This document shows positions 11,985 to 20,980 of a stretch of DNA of 64,000 nt, piece after piece. Origin of the DNA: Selaginella moellendorffii. Taxonomy: Eukaryota > Plantae > Lycopodiophyta. The stretch's first letter is position 1. The number at the start of each line of letters is the position of its first letter. The stretch spans positions 562,499-626,498 of the forward strand of contig NW_003314323.1 of NCBI RefSeq assembly GCF_000143415.4. Direction: 5' to 3'. A program made the position numbers and the translations under genes. A model generated the notes under the pieces. It had not been told where the DNA came from, did no database searches, and saw only the letters and a program-made list of their open reading frames with translations.

Positions 11985-14419
11985 ATGTCGCAACCAAGAA
12001 TCCTCCTGTGTGGGGATGTTGTGGGACGATTGGATCAGCTCTTCAAGCGCGTCGCCGCTGTAAGATCCCCGCTCCATTGCTGCATTGTGTGCTGATCGCT
12101 GGCTCTCTTTGGCGATCGATTCAGGTAAACACGGCCAATGGGCCATTCGATGCGCTCTTTTGCGTGGGGCAGTTCTTTCCACTGGACGAACACGGCGTGT
12201 CCCAAGTGAGGGAATACATCGATGGCGCCAAGGAAATTCCTCTCCCCACGTATTTCACGGGGAATTATGGAGAGGAGGCTTTGCAATTGCTGGCACCGGC
12301 AAAAGATCGTGGCCTCGTCTCAGAGCCGGTGGTCGTCTCCAAAAATCTATTTTGGCTTCGAGGAAGTGGTGTGGTATTCGTTCATGGTACGTGTTCTTTC
12401 TTTTTTCTCTTTTTGCTCTGTTTGCTAAGACGGACTTTGTGTATGGAAGAACTTCGTATCGCGTTTCTAAGTGGAAAGTCCGATGCTTTAGCCTACGAAG
12501 ATGCAAAGCTTGCAGCGGACGTGGGGGCATTTCATCAGGATGATGTCGATGCTTTGCGAGCTCTGGCGGACGATTCTCAAGTCATCGATTTGTTTCTCAC
12601 ATATCCTTGCTATGTTTCTCCTAATCTTTTTTCTTTCTCTTTGGTCGTTTGGTCTTAACGTTCACACTAATGACTGGCCTCAAGGAGTGCTATCTGGAAG
12701 CAAAGGGGAGATACCAAGCGAAAATGTTTCTGGGAATCCAGTCATAGCAGAGCTAGCGGCAGAGCTCAGGCCTCGGTAAGACGTCTCACTAAAACTATAA
12801 ACACTATTAAAGGGCCTGCATTTCTTTTCCTTGCAGGTACCACGTTGCTGGATCAGAAGGCGTATTCTTTACACGGGAGCCTTATACCAACCAAGGTGTG
12901 CCTCACGTAACGCGATTTGTGGCTCTGGGAGTCGTGGGGAATGATAAGAAACAGGTATGGTTGTGCTTAAACCGAGTGCTAATCTAAGGATTTCTTTTTT
13001 CATTCTAACTTGCAGAAATATCTACATGCTCTTTCTCCAACACCAGCTTCAAAGTTGTCAAGCGAAGAGCTTGCTGTTACTCCTCCAAACAGCACTCTTT
13101 CTCCGTATGAGAATCGTCCCTCGAGTAAAAAGCGTCCCTTGTCCGAGATGACACCGTCGTCGCAGTCCGAGGGACAATTCTGGCGTTACGACACGTCCGA
13201 TGCGAAGAAGACCAAGCGAGTGGAGGGAGCATGCTTCGATTTTGTCACCAAGGGCTCGTGTGCTCGTGGGGACAGATGCAAGTTTAAGCACACGTTTGAA
13301 AACGGTGTGCTTATTCCAAAACGATCCTGCTACGATTTTATCACAAAAGGAAGCTGCGAGCGGGGCTCGGAGTGCCGATATCTACATTCATCAGATGAGA
13401 ATGCAAGCTCTGCGGCAGCAGACAACGAACAACAGCTTCCACCAGGTTCTTGTTTCAACTTTTTCAAGAAAGGAAGCTGTGAGAAGGGAGATGACTGCAG
13501 GTAATGGCTCTGTTGTATCTCTTTTGCTTTTTTTTCTAACATATAAGTTCTGAACAGATTTAGCCATTCTTTGGAAAGAAAGCAACAAGAATGCTGGTTT
13601 TGTTTGGCGAGCCCAAACGTCGAGACACATCTGGTTGCGAGCGTTGGAGATCATTGCTACGTTGCGCTTGCGAAAGGGCCTCTGATGGACAAGCACATGC
13701 TGATAGTTCCCATTGAACACACGCCGTCCGCCGTGTGTGTGTCACGAGAGGTCGAGAAGGAGCTCGAGATGTACAAAGACTCGCTCCGCAAGTTTTTTGA
13801 GAGCCAGGGATCGTCCATTATCATATTCGAGAGATACATCAACATAAGAGCAGGAACTCACGCGCATGTACAGGTACTATGGTCGCTCTTTATTTTACGC
13901 TCCTTTAACAGTGTGTTTTTCTTTTCTTTTCTTTTTTATCTTCCAGGTAGTTCCTGTTTCATCGTCAGCAGCAGCGTCCTGCCGTGAAGCATTTGATGCA
14001 GCTGCAAGCGAGCTAGGATTCTCGTTTATCATAATGCGTAGTAAGGATCTCGATCTTCCCCTTTGTTCGTATGCATTAAATTCTTGTTTCTTTACAGGAA
14101 GCCAGTCCAATGACTTGAGACGTTTGCTGGACAGAGTAAACTACTTCGTTGTTGAGCTTCCCGATGGAACGACATTGGCTCATCCCTGTGCTGCCGGAGA
14201 GAAAATGCCAATGCAGTTTGGACGTGAGGTAAAGCTGAATTTATCCATGCATCTCTTTGCTCTAGACTACAATTCCCTTCTCAGGTGCTAGCAGGCCTTC
14301 TTGGCACGCCAGAGAAAACGGACTGGAAGGCTTGCAAGCTAACCAAGGACGAGGAAACCAAACTGGTGGAAGACTTCAAGCAGCAGTTCCAAGCATTCGA
14401 TCCGATGCAGTACCCGTAG
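11985..14419 (+). CDS. CWF19L1/Drn1-like protein (metallophosphoesterase-like N-terminus, three CCCH zinc fingers, CwfJ C-terminal domains)
   Basis: MSQPRILLCGDV.G, GPFDALFCVGQFF, DLFLTNDWP, LRPRYH, three C-x8-C-x5-C-x3-H fingers, CWFCLASPNVETHLV, FERY...HAHVQ, QFGREVLA. Confidence 0.9.
12601..12667 (+). other. U12-type AT-AC intron
   Basis: 5' site ATATCCTT, branch point TCTTAAC at 12653-12659, ends ...CAC. Splicing restores the conserved FLT-NDWP. Confidence 0.85.
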
Positions 14420-15106
14420 CTCGATTGAGTAAGAGACAGCTTCGTTTCAAGATTGAGTAAAACGCTCTTCCATGTTTTTTCTCAGGTGGACGTTGCAAGA
14501 AAGAAAGAAAAAAGGAAACATTGTAAGGGAACCTGTAGCCATCGGTAAAAGGAAAACAATTTTGACAGCCCAAGTTTTCAGTAGCCGGTCCCGAGGACGA
14601 GATAAACATTTGATCCCTGTCCTCGACCACTATGTAGTAAATTAAGAAATCATTTTCTTCTTCAAGTGGTAGTCACTAGTTACAAAAAACAAAATAAATA
14701 AATAAATAGAATTCCAGAAACTGTAATGAATATATAGAGCTCTTTTATAAGGACAAGATCTCTCCAGTATCATGAAGGCAAAGATCTCTCCAATAGGAAT
14801 AAGACAACTTTGACTGCTTCATGAGTCTCTGGCTGGAGGGTATGTGGAATGGAGAAAACAATAAACGAAATATCTAACGTGTGCCAAACAAGGAATGCGA
14901 CTGATCGAGATGGACAACAACAACGTGGAAATTACAAGCTGTTTCGCAATCAATGTCTTATATTGGAGTCCCAAGTACATCCTCTCCACTGGGCCACCCA
15001 TGCTTTCACCAAACTAGTACTATTGATAAGATCGCCCACTTGGACATCCTATTGGAAATATCACCCACTTGGACAATATAAGTACCAACCTGAGGAACAT
15101 GAGAAC

Positions 15107-17719
15107 ATGGACGAGGAGATTGAGCTCGTCCGGCTCATCGATTCATGCAAGTCACTCTCCACGGCCCAATCCCTCCACTCGCGGATAAAACACACCAAAA
15201 ACACGTTTCTTCTCAACAAGATCATCCAAATGTACGCAAAGTGTGGGAGTGTCACTCATGCTCGCAGTGTTTTCGACAGCATCGCCACCAAAAACACTAT
15301 GTCATGGGATTTCATGCTTGCGGCCTACGCTGGGAATGCCCAGGTCGAGGATGCAGCAGACTTCTTCTCCAAGATGCCCAGGAAAAGCGTCGTTTCGTGC
15401 ACAGCAATGATCGTTGCGTTCTCCCAGAGTGGCCACCTTCGTGACGCAAAGAACACATTCGATGAGATGCCCGAAAGAGATGCTATTTGCTGGAATGCAA
15501 TGCTTTCTGCATATGCCCGAACTGGGCATCTGCAAGAAACACAGGATCTGTTTGAAAAGATGCCTGAAAAGAATGTTGCGGCTTGGAACGTTCTTCTTTC
15601 GGCTTATGGCCAAAACTCGAGCACTGAGATCGCGAAAAGGGTGTTTTATGATATGCCACAACTGAATGTCTCGTCTTGGAACACACTGCTTTGCACATAT
15701 GCCCACAAAGGGCATATCGTTGAGGCGAAAGACATATTTGATTCAATGCCGGAGAGGGATCTCATCTCTTGGAAGGCTCTTTTATCCGGATATTCGCAAA
15801 ACGGGCTCGTGGAAGAAGCAAAGAAAACTTTAGAGAAAATGCCAGTGAAAGATATCGTGGCATCAAATGCAATGCTCTCGGCGTATACCCAAGGAGGGCA
15901 CCTGGAACAAGCGAAAGAAATGTTCGATCAAATGGACGAACAAAACATTGTGTCGTGGACGACAATTGTAACTGCTTACGCACAGAGTGGGAATCTCCGG
16001 GATGCCAAGCACATTTTTGACAAAATGCCGCAGCGGGACATCGTATCCTGGAACTCTATGATAGCGGCTTATGCCCAAAACGGGCATCTTCACGAAGCCT
16101 TGGAGCTTTTCGACGAGATGCCGCAGGCAAACTTAACGTCCTGGAACACAATTCTTTCGGTCTTGTCTTTGCAGGAGAAAATATTCCGCGTTAAGGAAGT
16201 TTTCGATTCGATGCCAAAGCACGACGTTGTCTCCTGGAACACACTTTTAACAGCGTATGCCCACAATGGGCAGCTGGAGAAAGCAAAGGAGACCTTCGAT
16301 TTAATCCCCCACAAGAACCTTGTGTCTTGGAAAGCCATGCTTTCGGCTTTCTACCAGCACAAGAATTTGGATCAAGCAAAAGCGCTGTTTGATCTCATGC
16401 CAGACCGTGATCTAGTGTCTTACAATGCGATGCTTGCTGCTTATGCCCAGAGCGGGCATATCCACGAAGCAAAGCAAGTTTTCGACGCAATGTCGCAGAG
16501 AAATCTCATCTCCTGGACTGCCATGCTTGCTGCATACTCTCAAAACAATCTCCTCGACAAGGCAAAGCTCATCTTTGATGAGATGCCGGATCGGAATCTC
16601 GTCTCTTGGACGGTGATGCTCTCGGCATATGCTCAAAACGGCAAGCTCGAGGAAGCAAAGCTCCTGTTTGACCAGATTCCACGTCAAGATTCCGTCTCAC
16701 GCACCGCCATGATCGCGGCCTATGCCCAAAACGGGCATTTGGACGAGGCCAAGGCTATGTTCTTGAGCAGCAAAGATGATGGTAGTGAAGAACACGATGC
16801 GAACGAAATCTCTTGCTCGGCATTGCTCGCTGCTTACACGAGACACGGCTGCCCGGATCGAGCGATAGATATCGATCCAACTCCAAGTGATCCAGTCTCT
16901 CAAACAGCGATCCTCTCGGCCTACGCGAGAACCGGCTTGATCGACAAGGCTCGAGAGATCTTCCTCGAAGCGCCCAAAGAGAACCTCATCGTCTGGAACG
17001 CGATGCTCTCGGCCTATGCCCAGAGTGGATCCCTGGACGAAGCCCAGCACCTCTTCCACCAAATGCCGCAGAGAAATCTCATCTCCTGGACGACGATGCT
17101 GGTGGGCTTCTCCCAGATCGGCCATCGGATGGATCGAGTCAGGCGATTCTTCGATTCCATGCCCGAGAAGGACTCCATCGCGTGGAGCGCGACGCTCGCG
17201 GCCTATGCCCACAAGGGACATCCCATCCATGCCGCGAACCTCTTCGCGGAGATCAAAGCCATGGATTCCACCGAGCAGAGCTGCTTCGCGTCGGCGATCC
17301 ACGCTTGCGGCCACGAGGGCGACGTGAATCGCGGCAGGCAATGCTTCGTGTCCATGGCCATGGATTTTGGAATCGAGGCGAGGAAGCAGCACTACACCTG
17401 CCTGATCGATCTCCTGGGGCGAGCTGGGTACCTGATCGCGGCGGCGGAGCTCATCGATAGCATGCCATTCGTGCCGGATTCGCTCGAGTGGACGTCGCTG
17501 CTGGGATCCGCAGCGAGCTATCGCAGCGCCCAGCACGGGATCAAGGCTGCCAAGCACATCCTCCGCTCGGATCCCAAGAACACCGCCGCGTACGTGTTGC
17601 TGGGGAACCTCTCCGCGAGGCAGCGATTGGAATCAATCGCGCGGATCGACCAGGAACGTCACCTGGAAGAGAGATACTCGAAACATTCCAGACTCGCCAA
17701 TAGGAGCTTGCCACGTTGA
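15107..17719 (+). CDS. PPR protein with ~21 tandem 31-aa S/SS motifs plus E domain and no DYW (organellar RNA-editing factor type)
   Basis: Intronless ORF (open from 14849; likely start M at 15107) with repeated VSWNAML.AYAQ.G...A...FD.MP.RD/N. C-terminal HYTCLIDLLGRAG...MPFVPD..WTSLLG...AYVLLGN. Confidence 0.92.
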   Translation: MDEEIELVRLIDSCKSLSTAQSLHSRIKHTKNTFLLNKIIQMYAKCGSVTHARSVFDSIATKNTMSWDFMLAAYAGNAQVEDAADFFSKMPRKSVVSCTAMIVAFSQSGHLRDAKNTFDEMPERDAICWNAMLSAYARTGHLQETQDLFEKMPEKNVAAWNVLLSAYGQNSSTEIAKRVFYDMPQLNVSSWNTLLCTYAHKGHIVEAKDIFDSMPERDLISWKALLSGYSQNGLVEEAKKTLEKMPVKDIVASNAMLSAYTQGGHLEQAKEMFDQMDEQNIVSWTTIVTAYAQSGNLRDAKHIFDKMPQRDIVSWNSMIAAYAQNGHLHEALELFDEMPQANLTSWNTILSVLSLQEKIFRVKEVFDSMPKHDVVSWNTLLTAYAHNGQLEKAKETFDLIPHKNLVSWKAMLSAFYQHKNLDQAKALFDLMPDRDLVSYNAMLAAYAQSGHIHEAKQVFDAMSQRNLISWTAMLAAYSQNNLLDKAKLIFDEMPDRNLVSWTVMLSAYAQNGKLEEAKLLFDQIPRQDSVSRTAMIAAYAQNGHLDEAKAMFLSSKDDGSEEHDANEISCSALLAAYTRHGCPDRAIDIDPTPSDPVSQTAILSAYARTGLIDKAREIFLEAPKENLIVWNAMLSAYAQSGSLDEAQHLFHQMPQRNLISWTTMLVGFSQIGHRMDRVRRFFDSMPEKDSIAWSATLAAYAHKGHPIHAANLFAEIKAMDSTEQSCFASAIHACGHEGDVNRGRQCFVSMAMDFGIEARKQHYTCLIDLLGRAGYLIAAAELIDSMPFVPDSLEWTSLLGSAASYRSAQHGIKAAKHILRSDPKNTAAYVLLGNLSARQRLESIARIDQERHLEERYSKHSRLANRSLPR

Positions 17720-18176
17720 GATATTTGGCCACGTTGGCAACTTCTGCGACGTGTACAAGGTGGCGTCGGCGTCGGCATTACAGTCCAATTTCAAATAAAT
17801 AGTTTGGCGACCGCTGTACTAGATCGCATACAGCGGTGACGATCTGACGGTTCCGATACGATTGCGATTCCGGAATTTCCAGCTAATGCCTAGGCACGGA
17901 ATAAAGTGTTCGTGAGAAGGAAAGGAGAGGGAAAGGGTTTTGCGCGCCTCTCAATCCTTTCCCTCTTCTATCCATGGAAGCAAGCGATAATTTCCAGATT
18001 TACGCTTGCATCCGGCGCTTCTAGCCATTGCTGGTGAGGAGCTGATGGGAAAATCTTTGAAAATTGCGCTACATTCTTCTAATTAGGCTTTCTCGCATGC
18101 TTTTGGGTGCTTTGACAACTCCTTGCGCAGGAATCAAGCAGGAAATCTCGAAATCTTTGATTCACAGCGCGAGACA

Positions 18177-19285
18177 ATGTCGCTGATCGAGGCGCACAAC
18201 CTGAGGATCGTCGGGAATGGCCAGCGGATCGTCATCCTGAGCCATGGCTTTGGCACGGATCAATCGGTGTGGAAGCACCTCGTCCCCCACCTCGTCGATG
18301 AGTATCGCATGGTCCTCTTTGACATCATGGGCGCCGGCACCACCAACGCCGAGTTCTTCAGCTTCGAGCGCTATGCCACTCTCGCCGGCTATGCGCAGGA
18401 TCTCCTCTCCATCATCGACGAGCTGGAGATCGACTCGTGCATCTACGTCGGCCACTCGGTCTCGGGCATGATCGGCTGCCTGGCCGCCGCTGCTCGCCCC
18501 GAAATCTTCTCCAAGATCATCCTTCTCTCGGCCTCTCCCAGGTAAGAAATCCAGTTTACTTTCGATTATACGCATAGATCTCTCGCGATAGATTACGCAT
18601 AGATCTCTTTCTCTCTCTCTCTCTCTGAGCTCTCACAGAGCTCTCTCTAGCAGTTACTTAAATCACTGATAGCTTCTCTCTTCTATTCCAAGCTCTCTTC
18701 CTAGATTTCTAAGATCTCAAAGATCTCTTCCTTCTTTCTGAGATCTCCCATTCCAAATGGAGGATAGCTCTCCCTTTGGTAGTTTCTTTCTTTTGTCCAT
18801 ATGGAAAATGGATGGCTGATCTCGCGACTCTTCCAACTTTCTCCAGGTACTTGAACGATGAGAATTACTTCGGAGGCTTCGAGCAGCAGGATCTCAACGA
18901 GCTGTTTGACGCGATGCAATCCAACTTCAAGGCGTGGGTGTCCGGATTCGCTCCGCTGGTAGTGGGCGACGATATGGAATCGGCCACGGTCCAGGAATTC
19001 AGCCGCACGCTCTTCAACGTCCGCCCGGACATCGCCCTCGCCGTCGCCAAGAGCATCTTCCAGAGCGATTTCCGCCACATTCTTCCAGGAGTTTTTCCGC
19101 CCTGCCATATACTGCAAAGCAACAAGGATTTGGCGGTGCCCGTGGTTGTGTCCGACTACTTGGCGGCGAATTTGGGCGGAAAGACGGTGGTGGAGGTGCT
19201 CGCCGCCGAGGGGCACCTGCCGCAGCTCAGCGCCCCCGATGTCGTGATCCCAGTGTTGCTACGCCATCTGCAGATGGAGATCTAG
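18177..19285 (+). CDS. KAI2: KARRIKIN INSENSITIVE2 alpha/beta-hydrolase receptor (exons 18177-18541 and 18847-19285)
   Basis: [25 protein letters not shown] (Ser), [28 protein letters not shown] (Asp), EGHLPQLS.P (His). Intron at the conserved SPR position. Confidence 0.93.
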
Positions 19286-19371
19286 TCTCTCTTCTTTTGA
19301 GCAAGTGATTTTAAAATTTAGTTGAAATTTAGGGTTCTTGAGATAGATTTTTAGGGTTCTTGTGTTCTACG

Positions 19372-20107
19372 ATGATCCGGCGGCTGGTCGGGCGCAATGC
19401 CGCTCATTTGCTGCGGAATCCACCACTCGGTAAGCCAATCACGGCCGCGGGGGGCCCTTTTTTATATAGAATTTCTGCCGCCAGGATCGAGAATCGGAGC
19501 TACCCCAGTGGCGGATTATATCGCGCAATCGATTGGTGAAGCCCAGTTGCCAGGATCAAGAATCGGATCTAGATCGATCGACAGCATGGTCCCATGGAGT
19601 GGAGCCGGCGCGAGACTCTTCGCCAAGGCGCCAAGGCAGCAGCCGATCAAAGTGGACGAGTTCCAGCACGAGGAGATCACGGGGCCGACGGTGGAGCGCG
19701 ATCTCTCCGCGACGGCGAACGAGCTGCGCGAATCCATCGACTCGATGCTCCAGTCCAATGTGAAGCTCAAGCGCGCCTTGATCGCGGTGGGGCTCGCGCA
19801 GCTCATCGCGGGATGGTGGGTGATTGCCAGCGATTACTCGGCGGAGACGCTGTGCCTGTGCCTCACGGCGCTGAGCGCCGGGTTGTCGCTCCATCTGGCG
19901 CTCCACCTCCACACCACGATGAAGCACGTCCCATTCTTCCAGAAGGTGGAGGAGCGCAGCCGGATGAGGATCATGACGCTGTCGATGCAAACGATCAAGG
20001 CGGTGGCGCTGATGATGAGCCGATCGAATGTGATCACGCGCTGCACGGCGATTGGATTGCTTGGCGCTTGTCTATATGAGGCTGTCCAGCCCAAGAAGGT
20101 CGCCTAG
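19372..20107 (+). CDS. Uncharacterised membrane protein with Arg-rich presequence (paralog 1; intron 19430-19484)
   Basis: MIRRLVGRNAAHLL exon joins the long ORF through a phase-1 GT-AG intron. Hydrophobic segments LIAVGLAQLIAGWWVI and a C-terminal GLLGACLY. Confidence 0.7.
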
Positions 20108-20166
20108 AACCCTAAAAGCACCCATTTCTTTCGACTAGCCTAGCCTAGGGTTTAAGGATCGAGGCG

Positions 20167-20892
20167 ATGATTCGAGGAGGAGCTCGGCGCCTGGCGGCGG
20201 CGCTGATCCGCTATGAGTCTGGTGAGCTCTCCAAGCGGCCTGCATTGCCAGATGCCAGTGTTCTTGCAGGTTGCACGAGAAAGATTTCGACCCCGATTCT
20301 CGCGAATCCCCGGTGTTTCGATCCAAATTTCTCGCCATGGAGGAGGCTGGCTCCAATCGGGGGCAGTCTTCGGCCCTTCTCCGCCGGATCCGGGGGAGGC
20401 AAGGGTGAGGAGCGATCGATCGAGGCTGAGGAGATCTTTCTCGTCCAGGAGAAGCTAAACATGCCGCCAGGAGAGGGAGAAGAGGAGGAGCTCACTCCCG
20501 CAGCGGCGAGGGAAGCTGCCGACGCCGACGAATTCAAGGGCCGATACGAGCTGATGCAGGCAATGAGCTCCAAGCTCCAGCATTCCATCGTGGCGATGGG
20601 CGCGCTCCAGCTGCTGAGCGGCTGGTGGATCGTGGCCACCAAGTACGAGGCGCACACGCTCTACTTCTTCTTCACGGGGCTCAGCGCCACGCTCTCGTTC
20701 CAGATCGCGTATTTGCTCCACGACGCGCTCAAGCCGCCGGCCAAGCTCGCGGATTCGAAGGTCTTGACGCTGCCGCTGGTGTCCGTGAGATCCATGGCCA
20801 ATTTCCTGGCGAGGACGCATCTGATCATGTGTATCTCCGCCACCGGCCTGGCGGGCGCCTTCGCCTACGAGGTGGTTCCATCGCTCTTTTGA
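20167..20892 (+). CDS. Uncharacterised membrane protein with Arg-rich presequence (paralog 2; probable 48-nt intron 20222-20269)
   Basis: Aligns to paralog 1 (IVAMGALQLLSGWWIVATKYEAHTL..TGLSA.LS; GLAGAFAYEVVP). Confidence 0.7.
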   Translation: MIRGGARRLAAALIRYESGELSKRPALPDASVLAGCTRKISTPILANPRCFDPNFSPWRRLAPIGGSLRPFSAGSGGGKGEERSIEAEEIFLVQEKLNMPPGEGEEEELTPAAAREAADADEFKGRYELMQAMSSKLQHSIVAMGALQLLSGWWIVATKYEAHTLYFFFTGLSATLSFQIAYLLHDALKPPAKLADSKVLTLPLVSVRSMANFLARTHLIMCISATGLAGAFAYEVVPSLF

Positions 20893-20980
20893 TCAAGCTC
20901 AAGAACAGCATATTCGGCTGGAGATTCTCCCGCCACTTGGCCATTAGGGTTAGGGCTGGCAGGCAACAAAGCAAAAGAGA

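Noticed and set aside
14849-15106. N-terminal 86 codons of the 956-aa PPR ORF
   Set aside because: No PPR or clear targeting character. Treated as probable upstream open frame; the true start is uncertain.
16697-17557. Long antisense ORFs over PPR, KAI2 and 4CL (also 41981-42829 and 53520-54722)
   Set aside because: Shadow ORFs expected from GC3-rich coding sequence on the opposite strand.
18560-18650. CT microsatellite and TACGCATAGATCTCT duplication in the KAI2 intron
   Set aside because: Ordinary simple repeats with no evidence of function.
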